Source: Blastocystis sp. subtype 4 (taxonomy: Eukaryota). Taken from it: a DNA stretch of 51,528 nt. Where the stretch lies: NCBI RefSeq assembly GCF_000743755.1, contig NW_014569511.1, positions 1 to 51,528 of the forward strand, read 5' to 3'. The translations under genes were made by a program, and so were the position numbers. The notes below the pieces were generated by a model. It was not told the DNA's origin. It saw nothing but the letters and a program-made list of their open reading frames with translations, and made no database searches. This document shows, in pieces, positions 11,958 through 24,508 of this stretch; positions within the stretch are counted from its first letter, which is position 1; each line of letters starts with the position of its first letter.

Positions 11958-14900
11958 ATGAATGAACGCGAACCGAAGTCCTTTGGAGACTTGTTTACTC
12001 TAGTTCTTCAGAACCTTTCCAATTCAGCTGAATTTATATCTGACGATGATTCAAAGAATATACTAAATGTATTTTTAATTCATTTGTTTGATTCATAGCT
12101 TCTTATCGACTACCTTACTTCTGGTGTTCCTCTCTCTGACTATATATCTAGTTTAAAATCGAAATATCCTTGTTTCCGACGATGTCAGCGTGTTTTGGAG
12201 AAAGGCAGTGTGATCTATCGCTGTCAAACCTGTAGCAAAAGCTCAGGAAGTTGCATTTGTCAAAATTGTTTTGAACATGGCGATCACCGCGTTGGTGTTA
12301 ATATATGTTTACACTCTAGAACCATCTTGTAACATCCGAAAACTGTTATGGAGGCGGAATTTGTGACTGTGGAGATTCTAATAATCTGAAAGAGAGTGGA
12401 TGGTGTTCGATTCACCGAAATTCACCTATTGTTGATAATGCAGACCTCCTTCTGAAAGGAGAGTAATCATATCTGAGATATTTCACTTTTAGAGAGCGCT
12501 GCCGATTTGACAATGTGATCTTAGTGATTCTTGTTTTGGTGGCTGTGTATCTTCCAACCTTATATCATCCTTCAAATATACAGTTTGTGAATGAATTATT
12601 AGGTCTGGTTCAGAAGATAGTTGTTCTAAATCAGACTACTGTGAAGTGTGTTCTTTACCTCCTCCTTCAACCCTTATCAGTAATCCTTCGGAATGATGTC
12701 GTGGTATTCTTTCCGGATCAATGGATCCAAGAACAGTTATTTCATATTCGTCAAGCACCCACATTACTGGATTATATCTGGGAGTGTGTTCCGTACACAT
12801 CCAACATCGTAAGAATGAATCTGGTAATTCATCACTAGGATTCACTCACTTCCTTCATTCTCTCTCTTACTCTCGATACAACTCAAACGAAGAGTCTTCT
12901 TCAGATCTACCTGTCCCACTTCATCTCACTCGTTGCTTCTTTCACCACGAATGTGTTAGGGAACGAATGTGATCTCATTGCTGTGGAGCATACGCTTCAA
13001 GCTCAGTTCTTGGGTACTGGTACACTCTTCTCTCCCTATCGCCCTATCCAAGCAGTCCAACACGTTCCTGTTGCCTCTGAGCTGAGTAGGTTAACACAGA
13101 ATCACTCACATTCAGATCAGAACCAGCGAGGTCTTGTGTTTCCGTTTCTCACTACTACCACGATTCAATTCTTTGCTCATGATTCTCCATTCTTCTCTCT
13201 TCCTTGTGTTCAACAGCATTCCAGAGATATTCTCCGATTGTTGACGATTCTCCTACGTATCATCCAACTACACTCCTCATCATCTCGTCGCTTTTCTCCT
13301 TTCTCTTCATCTCTAGATACGTACCTCCTAGAACGAACAGAGAAAGAGGACTTCTTGCTTCAAGCGTTCACATACTATGCGTATTCGTTCTATGGAACTT
13401 CACCTCTCTGTACCATTGCTCCATTCTTCACAGGTCTTTCTATTGAGACTCGAGCTCAAGTCCCACAAGTTCGCTGTGTGTTCCATGCATGTGATGAACT
13501 CAAGATGTTTTTCATTATGACACAAGTAAGCTTGATTTTGGTCATGTCAGAAATAGCGACAAAATCGGATCATCATAGAAAGTGAGCAGAATGACAAATG
13601 TCCGAATATCAAGCGAAATGTATTGAACGAGGAGTTCCTCTATCGTGTACTCACCAATTTGATTACTTTTGTTGACGTGTATCTGTCTGTAGGTGACAAT
13701 CGTGTTGTATATTCTAGTCTGCTTCAATTGAACACTCTCTACTTCTCTTGCAAGCTATTTTGGCTACACATCGAGTAGTGACAATGCATGTGAAAGAATC
13801 CTTCTCTTCTGACTATCATCAACCAGTCTCATTTATGAATTTCGCAGACATTTTTCTCCTTGCATCTCTGTAAGCATTCTTGTCTTCCTTCATTTATAGG
13901 AGCATCGCATTACAAAGAGATACATTGGCTTCTGTCTTACTCCAGTCTCCAATCTTAGGATCACGATATGAGCAGGTTTGGAAGTCCTTATTTCTGAATG
14001 CTACACAGCTGACTGCATGTCTGGCTTATTCTTACGCCTTGGGACATGAACGATTCACACTCACACAGAGAGTTCTTCTCTTATATCTCCAGAGGTGTGT
14101 TCATTCCATCCAGATTCTGGACTATCATATCTTTGCAATCCAGCTAAGTCTTCTTTTCCTCTCACCTGAGTATCTAATCGTTCATCTCCACAATACGTTC
14201 CATTACGGACTTGCTCTGGATGGATCTCCCTCTAATGGGAAGCGAGGAGCTGAAGCTATGAGAGTGTATCATATTCGATTATTGTGTGCTATTCTGACAC
14301 AACGACAATGTATGGAACCTCATCAAGTAGGATCTGAAAGAGGACTTCATATTAGAGAGGTGAAGTGGATGCCATACTGAATCGACTTTGTACCAAAGGA
14401 CCTTTGCCTTATCAGAATATTCAAGGGGCTTATTCGTATATTCAATCTGTATAGTGATCGATATCTTGATGAATATAGTATCTCGTAATGCTTCAGGAAG
14501 ATTCTGCTTCAGTACCGAAATATGCCCTAAAAGAGGAATACCTCAATTTATGTAATCCATTTCAATTCTCTGAAGATATTCGGATCATGCAAATCATTGT
14601 GGATGTACGGATTCAATCCTTTCTCATTCTCAGAAACTTAGCACACGGCAACCCTATCATCCAACTCGAATCAGCCAGATTCCTGGAATATACAAAATTG
14701 GGTTCCAATCACTTCTATCAAGTCCCATGTTTGTGTTCAGTTTATATCTTCATGTACTGACTGTGACTCAGGGAAGCGTGAAGAATCTCCAACTCCTTCA
14801 GTATGTGAGTTACTGTCTAGGTCTCGTTCATCTGATCATATCTTCTGATATAGTGGGGCAGCCTCCTCCTCAGATATGTCTTCTGGACTATAATATCCTA

Positions 14901-17728
14901 CTGAATCAGATCCAGTCAGAATTGGACACACCTTGGGCTCATGCACCATTTCTGAATCTCTTTCAGCAACCATTCATTCCATCTCCCCCTCACACCTCAC
15001 TACTTCATCTCGTCTTAAACGTATTGGATGATCCAGATCTAGAGTCTGTGACTCGTACGATCGTGACAGATGTGTTGAATCAACTTCTCCAGTGCATTCC
15101 GTCACAACACCATCTCATGACTCATCTCAGCAGCATATCAACAACAGAAAGTGTAAGTGCCAGTCGGAGTAGTGATGTGCTTCAATCGATCATGCATTCG
15201 GGAAGTGCATTCTTAGATTCTTTTGAAGATGAAGAGAAAGAACTAATCAAACGCGTCCGAACTGAAAGCGGACGAAATCTTGGGATTCCCTTTGAATGTG
15301 TTGTATGTCATAGTAGCCATGTTGATGACAATTCCCATTATCCAGGCTATTTTTGTCGTTATTATCGACTGCCAGGTGAAAGTACCCTTATAAATTGATA
15401 TTCAGGTCTAGGAGAAGGAAGCGTCGATCACAGTGAATCAGTCCAAGTGTCAAATTGGCGAGATTACTACGCCCACTTTGAATCCATCAATCAGACTCAG
15501 AAACTTCAGTACCATGAATCCCATTCAGGTATGATTCATGCACTTAACACCAATCTTGTGTTGAATGTACCAAATGAAGAGAGAATTCACCAGTAGTCCT
15601 GTGGGCATATGGTTCATTTTGGGTGTTATCTCGAGTTTATTCGTGTTCATCTCCTTCAAATCTCTATTCAAAAGAAGCTGGAAGAAGAGGAATACTCAAC
15701 AGCCAACTATCAGTGTCCTGTGTGCCACCGATTTGAAAATCTCTTCCTACCAATGACAGCTCCATTTACTTCAGGGGATTTGTTAGGCAATCGAATCCAA
15801 ATTGCCGATTTGGATTCACTACAGAATATTCCAAAGAGGAAGTATGAACTTATGTCTATAGGATTACGAAATGCTTTCAATGAGATGAAAAATGTGTTGA
15901 ATTTTGGAATGCAACATTCAGTAAGAATAATTGGAATGTCTGATTTTAAGGATCAAATCAGCTTCCTGTTCGCCAACTCCATTCGTCAACTTCAGTTTGC
16001 TGGCAAGCCATTGTGTGCTTCCCACAATAGTAACATTCAGAGGAGTGTTTGACCTTAGATAACATGAAGAATCCATTCCTTCAGGTCGCAGGGACTGGCT
16101 TCAGTCTCAATCCGACCTTCCTCTCAACACTGCAAGGCTCGTTCCTTAGCTTCGCTTCACGTGTGACAGAACTACAAAGAGATTCCTCTGAGGAGGAGTT
16201 GTATGCACTGTTTGTATGGTACAAAGAGAGGCCTGAAGGACAAGAGAGGATTGAACAGAGTCTTTGTATGACAAGAAGACATCTCTCACTCTTAGGTCAG
16301 GAGTATGATCATCTCACACGCTGTTTCACTCCTGGAGCTTATCAAGATTCTTCAGTTCATTTCCTCTCAGCAACTGAGTGTCGTGAACACATTGCTCATG
16401 AGAGAAATCTCTATGTTCTTTATGAAGACTCTCACACTCCAGATGGAGTCATTCAGACTGCTGATCTGTTCCAAAGACTTGTTCACTGGGTGATGGGACA
16501 TACAATCGACGATCATCAATGTAGGGACTTTTTCTGGAGTGCCAATAATAGTAACGATTTTGGATAAATATAGAAGAGTGTTTGAAATGGTGTTACCCGT
16601 ATTCTGGCAGCTAGCATTATTTCAGGCAATCATGCATGTACAGTGGTGTCTAGCAAATCAAGGGATTTCAGAGGACACCATTGCAGATGCTTCCTTCCTA
16701 CAACGTAGTGTTACGACTCTTCAGTAAGAACTAGAGAATAACCATGTTTCTACCTTTTGGAGTCGTATTCGTCAGTATAGATTGCCCAAAAAAGGGACTT
16801 TTTCTGCCACTCCTATATTAGTTTCACTTCTTCATACTCGAGGAGTAGACTTATGATTGTTCACTCATAATTAGATCCGAAGTACACTTGAAGAGATGTT
16901 GGTTTCATTCTTACGTTGTTCATGTGTGTGTGAAGTAAGGAGATCATGTGTAGATGTTCTCTCGTTGCTGTTACATAAGTCCTTTGCTACTGAACCTATC
17001 GTGATCCCTACAAAGTTTACCTCGTTGTGCGATAAGCTAGGTCTAAAGGACATAACAATGATGGATCCACTAGCTGAAAGCATTTGGACACAATGTGAAC
17101 AGGAGTTGCAACACCATCTTCCTATGATTCAATCCTTGGAATCTCAAGTCTTCTTACATATGGAATGGCGTCCTGCGCGTTTCATTCATCTTCCACACTC
17201 ATTCAATTCATTATGTCAGGTGTTTTGTCATGGATATGTGACAATGAGTTGATTCGATAACTCCTAGCACTCAGCAACAAAGCAAGAAACATGTACACTG
17301 TGTCTTCCATGTTCGTATTGTCATCGTCGGAAGCCAAATCTGCTATTATGTCTGGGTTGTGGAAATCGAGTCAGGATAGGAGAAGGAAGTGATTCATAGT
17401 TCTGTTTCACAGGAAGTGTCAGTTCTGTGTGTGTACAACATCGGCGAGAATTGGTTCCTTCGTGTGGCTGTCGTATCCTGTTGAATCCTGTAAGCAGTAA
17501 ACTCTATGTGTTTTTGGATCGTCGGATCTTTGTATCAGTAGCATCGATGTAGGAACAAAGAAGAAATCAAATGTAGATATCGAGGAATGAATGGAGAGCG
17601 TAGCACTAGTGGATTACCTTCTATTCCCTTGGTATTGGATGAAGAAGCAGTGAAATATTTAGAACAGATGAATTATACCAACCAGTTATGGTTTTCCTCT
17701 TCTTATGAAAAGGAATTACGATTACAAT
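11958..17728 (+). CDS. UBR1/2/3-type N-end rule E3 ubiquitin ligase (multi-exon); stop probably completed by poly(A)
   Basis: UBR box (YRCQTC...CICQNCFEHGDH...GGICDCGD...GWCSIH), split RING (CVVCH...SCGHMVHFGC...QCPVCHRFENLFLP) and a C-terminal Cys-rich region. Ends ...ELRLQ T|ACTC TGTTTGTA. Confidence 0.88.
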
Positions 17729-17732
17729 ACTC

Positions 17733-17747
17733 TGTTTGTAACAAACA
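17733..17747. terminator. Overlapping bidirectional 3'-end motif TGTTTGT-A-ACAAACA (UBR / cathepsin B)
   Basis: + TGTTTGTA 17733-17740; - TGTTTGTT 17747-17740. Confidence 0.75.
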
Positions 17748-17767
17748 TAACTTCGGGAACTTCAACC

Positions 17768-18718
17768 TTACAGCTTAGGAAGTCCGCAAACAACCTGGCT
17801 CTCAATACCGCACTCGCCCATCTTAATACGGAAGTAACCATCCTCACCCCAGTCCTCGTTCCAGCTGTTGGCAATCTTCCAGTACTCAACACCATCCTCA
17901 ACACCCCAACCAACAAGCTTGACAGCATGTCCGCCAAGTCTGGATCCAGTCACATGCTGGTAGATACCACTCTTGTAGGTCATGAAGTCCTCATACACAG
18001 TGAAAGCAACCTCCATAGGTCCGTTGGTCATGAGCTCAGTCTTGATGGCCTCAATTCCACGCACAGAGTATCCCTCCTCGAAGAAGTGCTTATCATTCTC
18101 ATAGGACACGGGGTATCCCTCCTGGCACTCAGTGACACACTCAGGAGTATCCTGAGTCTCTCCGCAAGGAGGATACTTACCAGTGCTGTGATGCTCGCAC
18201 TTAGCAAAAGCATAGGCATTGCACCAATCCTTAGAACCATACTCTCCTCCAGTGGTTACACCCACAGTGTGGAACCAGTTCCAAGCAGAAGAGGGGAAAC
18301 CTCCCTGGCATCCGAATCCGCATATATCACAGCAAGTAAGAAGATCCTCAGAAGACAGACGATCCTGGACCTTTCCCTTAGAAGCAATGCACAGACGATC
18401 AGTAGCAGCCTCAGCAGCTCCGAAAGCCCAGCAAGAACCGCACACAGACTGATCACGAATCTCCTTCAGAGAGGGGCACTCAGGCCACTGCTCAGCAGCA
18501 TCGAAGGACTCAGGAAGATCTTCACGAATAGCAATGTTCTTAACAGGAAGGTTCTCTCCCTCCAAAGCACCGAGATACTGGGTGTAGTCACGGGTAGGAA
18601 TAGCCTCGTTAGCGATCCAAGTAGTATGCTTAGCATTGACCTCCTTAGCAACCTCGACGAGTCTAGGAGGATGGGCCAAAGCAATAGCCAAAACAACAAG
18701 AAGAATTGATGCTCTCAT
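17768..18718 (-). CDS. CTSB: Cathepsin B-like cysteine protease (papain family C1A), secreted, intronless
   Basis: Signal peptide, QSVCGSCWAF catalytic Cys, occluding loop CEHH, GGHAV catalytic His, ANSW. Confidence 0.97.
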   Translation of the reverse strand: MRASILLVVLAIALAHPPRLVEVAKEVNAKHTTWIANEAIPTRDYTQYLGALEGENLPVKNIAIREDLPESFDAAEQWPECPSLKEIRDQSVCGSCWAFGAAEAATDRLCIASKGKVQDRLSSEDLLTCCDICGFGCQGGFPSSAWNWFHTVGVTTGGEYGSKDWCNAYAFAKCEHHSTGKYPPCGETQDTPECVTECQEGYPVSYENDKHFFEEGYSVRGIEAIKTELMTNGPMEVAFTVYEDFMTYKSGIYQHVTGSRLGGHAVKLVGWGVEDGVEYWKIANSWNEDWGEDGYFRIKMGECGIESQVVCGLPKL

Positions 18719-19014
18719 TTCGTTTACAAAAGAAAATGTGTGACATGACTCATTTCAAAACCATGATACAAGCTATCTGATTGGATGAACCAATCTAATA
18801 ATGCGTCATCGATAACGTTTTCGATCTTCCGAAAGTGTGTTTTAAAGTAGTTCGATATCAAATAATAAAGAGAAAAGACTCGCAATCACTATGGACGTTG
18901 ATCAATAGTATTTCGACTTGAATGGAATAGTTGTCGAGAACTCAAGAATCCTTTGTACAATGAGAAAATAGAGCAATTAGTATTGGTTTCACTGTTGTGA
19001 AAAAATCCATTTTG

Positions 19015-19996
19015 ATGCCTGAAGACTTTCAGAACGAGATTCATATTCTATTTCTGACGTAGGACAAAACGAAAAGAGTCATTAGTAGCGATGTCCATGA
19101 ATGTGCTTCACCGAAACAGATTGTCGACAGAATTCGTTTAGAAATACAACGAAAGCCGTTTAGATGAGTTGATGGTTTTACTCTAGATGTGACTATATCT
19201 TTGTTGGAGGGGATGTAAGTGATATCAAACACACAAAATCGCTTTCGAATGAGCGAAGACAAGGTACTGTTGTGGATGATGAAGTGTATGAGGACCGATT
19301 CTTTCAAGGTTAAGATTCTTTGAAGGAAATTAGTTATAGCCTTGTCAGATTTAAGGATTCCTGTGTTTTGGATTCCTGGGAATGTAATCCCTTTAGTGAT
19401 TATTAACGAATAGCATGATTCCTCAAAGGCATTTTTGCAAGTAGATTTATCACCTGCGGCTACAAACTGCCATAACCGACTCATACCTTTGTCGGACCAT
19501 CTATACATTCTAGGGATTGGAGGTAGTTGTATTGCAACAGATGATGGGGGTAACGAAGTTTGGAAGGCATATCCTTCATCGAAAGAGATTGGATTGGATC
19601 AAGCATATCAAAATGCTACACAATTAACAAAGGAGGATTCTGTAATTCTATTCACACACTGCCCTGCATCTGTTGTTTCTTCCAGTCAATCACAGAAATC
19701 GTTTGATAGTCCTCGGATATATACGGGAAGCAGACAATTGTCATCGTTTCTACATTCGTTGTTGAAAATGGTTTCTCAGTTGGATATTATAATTAACGTA
19801 TAGACACGCGTTCCTCTTTATATCCATGGTCATAATCATGTAGCTGCAGGATCCTCTCTCTATTATTACAAGTCGATGGAAACTGCTGTTGTGACACCTG
19901 GAACTTTCAAGAAGAATCGTGTTTCCAGAATCGACTTAGTGGAAAAGGATGATAGATGGGAAGTACGTCATATTGAGCTTGTAACTCTTTCCGTAT
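19015..19996 (+). CDS. Calcineurin-like metallophosphoesterase (multi-exon); stop probably completed by poly(A)
   Basis: After splicing: LTDVH, VGGD, WIPGN|HD, LFTH, IHGHNH. Ends ...VTLSV T|TTTC TGTTTGTT (20001-20008). Confidence 0.85.
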
Positions 19997-20122
19997 TTTC
20001 TGTTTGTTCCCAACCTCTCTACTTCCTTTGCTGTTACACTAGAATGGATTGATTGTGATTTCATAATAATCAAGAATAATGAATCATTGAACGTTTTGAC
20101 TCTTTTAAAACAGGAATAGAAC

Positions 20123-21298
20123 ATGCCGAGTAATCCTGAAGTTGCAAAGAGTAAAGGATGGAAAGAGATGCCTGATAAGTAGAGGTTGAGGAGTGTCTGA
20201 CCAAAGTGAAGACGATGGAAAAACAGAAAGAAGATAGCGAGAAGATCATCAGTGAGATTTCCTCGGTACTTGAGGAAATGTTTGTCTTTCTATGATGATT
20301 GACGGGTAGTTGTGGTGATGATGACACTTGTTTTGAATCTGCTCCCCTCAAATACCAGCTCGCCTGCGTATTGATTGATAATGTTCATGTATTGGAGCAA
20401 AATGGTTGTTATTGTAGGATCGTATGAACTCAGAAAAGTCTGGATACAACGATGAAGGTCTTGATCAGGATGATTTGGATATTGCTTGGGAGAATCTTGA
20501 ATCAGGTTAGAAATGGCGGCAAACATTTATGGTATAGCACGGTTGTTGTACACAAATGCAGAAGATGGTAAAGACTATCGAAAGGAGATTGCCGATGTGT
20601 ACATGAAGCAGGGCGAGATTTGTTTATCCAATGAAGACTATGAGAACGCATTGATAGATCACAAGAAGGCGCTCGAGTTACGTCAGCAAATCTGTTCTCC
20701 CATCAGTCGTGAAGTTGCTGATTCAGACTTTTTCATTGGTATCGCCTCGTACTGCAATGCCAAGGCGCATGCCCTTCTCTCCAAGACGGACGCTTCGTTG
20801 AAGGAGGAGGCCTTAAAGATTGCTGCCGAAAGTGTGACGTACTTGAAGAATGCCAAACATATTATGGAACACTATGCAGTAGATAAGGCGATCGAATTGG
20901 GAGTCCTGAAAACAGAAAGTGAAGATGATGCGTTTGTCTGAAGTGTAGAAGTGACAGATGAGAATCGTTCGGAGCTGATGGAAGAATTGAAGAAGAAGAA
21001 GGATGTTCCAAGTGAGGTGGAGGAATTATTGTCAATTGTGGAAGATATTGATGTGGATGTGAAGGCTGCGTCAGAGTTTTCTGTCGAAAAGGTGATTGAT
21101 GAGGAGAAGAACAGTGTATCTTTGCTTCGCGATCTCCTTCAAGAACAAGAGGAGGATGAAGAGGATGAAGATTTCAGTGAGGACGAAGAGGAAGATGATG
21201 ACGATGTCGTGATTGAAGATGTGGAAGAACTGAAGAAGTCCGTGAAACGAATCGGTGAGTCGCTTCCTGATAATACTAAAGAAGCGAAGCATGAGTAG
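20123..21298 (+). CDS. NASP: NASP/Sim3/Hif1-like histone chaperone (SHNi-TPR)
   Basis: DLDIAWENL, IADVYMKQGEICLSNEDYENALIDHKKALELRQQ, acidic tail. TAG's T is 5 nt before TGTTTGTT (21301-21308). Confidence 0.85.
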
Positions 21299-21300
21299 TA

Positions 21301-21316
21301 TGTTTGTTAACAAAGG
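21301..21316. terminator. Abutting bidirectional 3'-end motifs TGTTTGTT / AACAAAGG
   Basis: Palindromic core TTTGTTAACAAA (21303-21314) between convergent stops at 21298 and 21321. Confidence 0.65.
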
Positions 21317-21320
21317 ATGA

Positions 21321-22156
21321 CTAATCTCGCTTTTCTTTAGGTTTTATGGAAGATTTAGATGCAACTTTTGGTGATACAGAACTATGTAAAATTCGAGCCA
21401 ATTTTGGGTCGATCGACCGATCTAGGTATCAAGCATAACCACAAAACATACCACTACGATTGAAAATTTGGTGGATGTCGACACTGACTTGTTTCTTCTC
21501 CGTTTCCTCCTTGCTCTCTACATTCAATCACCAAACTCGTTTTTACTCTGTTGCTTCTTAGCTAGTGATTGCAAACCTGTGCTTGTCTTCTTAGTTGGAC
21601 GAGTATAGTTGTATTTGGATACAGGAGCTTTTGCTTCTTCCAATTTGGTCTGAGCTTTGACTTCCTTCTCCTTCTTTTCTTTGAGAGCAGCGGCAGCACG
21701 TTCTGCACGTTGCCTCTTCGAGGCTCGTGAATTCCGATTCAATTTCTTCTCCTTTACTTCTTCTTCCATTTCAATATCTTCAAATCCCTTCTTTCCTTTT
21801 AGTTGTCTCATTAACACACGAGCAACCACATCGTCTCCAATTTCACACATATCACCATTTTCATGACTTATAACTTCACTATTATTCTCAATTGTCGTCA
21901 CTCCCTGAACATCGTCAGGAATATCGACTTCCTCTCCCTTTTCAATGTCACTTTCTTTTTCTGTTGCTTTCTCATCTCCTCCATTCAACCAAGCCTCAAT
22001 TTCAGGATCATCAATATGTTCTTCCGTCTGCTTATCCTCAGTTTGCTTTTCCGGATTACTTGGCTTAACAGTAGTGTCATCCTCCACATTCTCTTTCGAA
22101 TCCATCATCACCTTTTCGGTTGATTCTGTCTCCTGTTTTACCTCCTCGGAACTCAT
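21321..22156 (-). CDS. Hypothetical Glu/Lys-rich protein (3 exons)
   Basis: ORF 21524-22156 continues via two ~30-nt introns to ...SIKPKEKRD-TAG at 21321. Confidence 0.7.
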
Positions 22157-22249
22157 AGGATCAATTTCAATAAATATAAGAAGTCTCGACTGTAGTATTC
22201 ATGGTTTCCAGAAAAAGGGGGATCTTTGCCAATTGTATGTTTCGTTAGA

Positions 22250-23061
22250 ATGAGGTTTTTTGTTATTGTTACGCTCATTGTCGTCATCCAAGGTGTTTAT
22301 GCAAGTCAAGAACTCTGAATGATACTGATGCATAGAATGCTTTTCGCTTTCAGATCAGTGTATCCCCTCGAGTATCGTGATATTTTGCTGATTACCATCT
22401 AGTATCTTCTTCAACTAAACAAGTTGGACAATTCAACAACCAAACTGTTTTCTATTCTCCTTATTTTGATCTTCGGGAGATTTATTATAGTGATAATCAA
22501 TGTAATGATATTGTTTATGAAGTATTGACTCAGTCATCCGTTGATGCAATGACTAATCTCTAGCTCTGTATACAATGAACAGTCTTATTGCTACAGTTCT
22601 GTTGAATCTGTCTGGGTCCGGATTCCTGATACCTCCAACGCGGAGAGAAAGGCCATTGTTGATAATTGTGGATCGGCCCTGAGGAAAAAGTTTGTAGATA
22701 TATCGTAGGTGATTCTGTGGGAGTTTAACATCTTGAACTTTGTCTTGTACCGTAAATGGACAAGATCCGTTTTTAGTGGAGAGGGCTTTGATTGGATCCC
22801 ATCAACATCGATGCATCCGATTTGATGGTTGACCTTAGACGTGTAAATGACACTTAGACTCTGGAACTCCCTCGACATTTACAATGGCTGTTTCTGGTTC
22901 ATGTAGCAACAGCAACAATGTGGGAAGATCGTGGATTGTTCCAATGGTGATTACTTGTACAGTAGTTATTGTGGTTATTGTGATTGTGGTGATTGTGGTG
23001 ATCGTCTATGTTTTCGCGAGTCCATGCAAGAAGCAGCTGAAAATGAAGGATACAAAGGACT
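22250..23061 (+). CDS. Type I membrane protein (signal peptide, C-terminal TM, basic tail); stop probably completed by poly(A)
   Basis: MRFFVIVTLIVVIQGVYA signal, TM VITCTVVIVVIVIVVIVVIVYVFA, tail KKQLKMKDTKD T|ATTG TGTTTGTT (23066-23073). Internal exon structure around 22700-22830 not resolved. Confidence 0.65.
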
Positions 23062-23267
23062 ATTGTGTTTGTTGTATTACTATTTTACTCTGCACAAATT
23101 GGGTCCCTGTTTCTATCATGACTTGTTCTTTCCAGACCTCCAATTTGATTGTATGTATCGGTTGAATTCCACGAAGTAGAGTAAGGATGAAACGCCTGTG
23201 GGCGTTTTATCGATTGGTTGGTGAATGCATTTTTATCATTTTGTTTTTACTCTTAACTTTTTTACCA

Positions 23268-24306
23268 ATGAATGGTATTGGGTCTGGGTCAGGCGCTGTC
23301 CAAGTCGTTCAGAAGGTCGATTCGATGGAAGTAAGGCCTTTTCCCTGATGCTCAATGTTAGCCTTCTTATGTTGCTAATCCTGCGGGAACTGCTCCACGT
23401 AGTCACAATGGTGAATTATCCATGGGTTTGGAGTCTTCACTTATCATCCAAGTGAATGGAGCTGGAGTTTGTCAAGTGGATCCGCATATTGTCACCTTAT
23501 GTGTGCCTTCATCCCAGTTTGTTCAACGTATTTCTTGATCCTGATGTTCATTCGTAGCATCGCATAATTTGGATACAAATAGTATTGTCTATACAGCGTC
23601 GCCCATTGATGACCCGAATGCCTTCAAAGGCGCTGTTGTCGTTTCTCCAGGAAGTATGGTTGCTTGGATAGGATAATTGGTAGTTCAATACCCTTCAAGT
23701 GAAGCTAAAGAGGTTGATGCTCAACCTGATCCAGAACCACAGGATGCGACACCTGCAAAAGAAAAAGTGAAAAAGGCTAAAGGTAAAGGTAAAGCCGGCC
23801 CGGTAGGCAAGAAGTCCAAGAAGGGAGATCCGATGGTAGATCCATCACGTAAAGTCATGTTTGAATGCTGTTACCAGTCATGTGGTTTCCAGTGTACTTA
23901 TGCGGAGGAGATGCGTGATCATACTCTCCAACACCTCTGCAGAGCTCCTTTCCGCTGTCTCTATCCAGGTTGTGACTTTGTCTCTAAAGTCTATCGTGAT
24001 ACGGTATATCATCGTGAGTATCATACTGGTAAGCGCCCATTTCGCTGTACCGTCCCTCGTTGTGGTTTTGCCGCTCCAAATCCATCGCAGCTTCGTTTGC
24101 ACATGCACTCTCACTCGGATAAGAGACCATACAAGTGTTCTTTTGAAAATTGTTCGTATGCTTCTCGTTACAAATCCGCTTTGATCAATCATGAACGTGT
24201 TCATACAGGTGAGACACCATTTAAGTGCATGTATTGTAAGTCGTATGCTGCTAAGCAAATGTCCGGTCTTCGATATCACATTCGAAGAGTTCATTTGCTT
24301 AAGTAA
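23268..24306 (+). CDS. C2H2 zinc-finger transcription factor (5 fingers)
   Basis: Five C-x2/4-C...H-x3/4-H fingers with HTGKRPF, HSDKRPY and HTGETPF linkers. Upstream exons and start at 23268 are tentative. Confidence 0.9.
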
Positions 24307-24309
24307 CCC

Positions 24310-24420
24310 TTCTCTACAGTCTAGCAGACTACTTTCTTTCCATGTCTAGTAAGACATCTTTCTTCTCTACACTCAGTACGATAATTCTTCTTCTCTACAG
24401 TTACTGATATTCTTCTCTAA
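24310..24420 (+). repeat. Degenerate ~25-nt tandem repeat with short hairpins in the zinc-finger gene 3' UTR
   Basis: TTCTCTACA at 24310, 24363 and 24391, TTCTCTAA at 24413; stems AGTCT-AGC-AGACT and ATGTCT-AGTA-AGACAT. Confidence 0.55.
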
Positions 24421-24508
24421 ACGTTTGTCCATTATTGTTTGTTGTAATCCTTTATTCATTTGACAAGTTGTCAAGGTGGGTACCGCTTTGACAAGTCTCA
24501 GATTTTCA

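Noticed and set aside
15594..15596. In-frame TAG before the UBR RING (and similar in-frame stops) as pseudogene or alternative genetic code
   Set aside because: It is the 3' splice site of a 30-nt intron (15567-15596); the other cases I checked resolve the same way.
17705..18709. 334-aa antisense ORF over cathepsin B
   Set aside because: Shadow frame produced by codon bias of a highly expressed gene; no motifs.
22958..23005. GTGATT/GTGGTT repeats as a telomere-like or minisatellite array
   Set aside because: They encode the Val/Ile transmembrane helix of the membrane protein.
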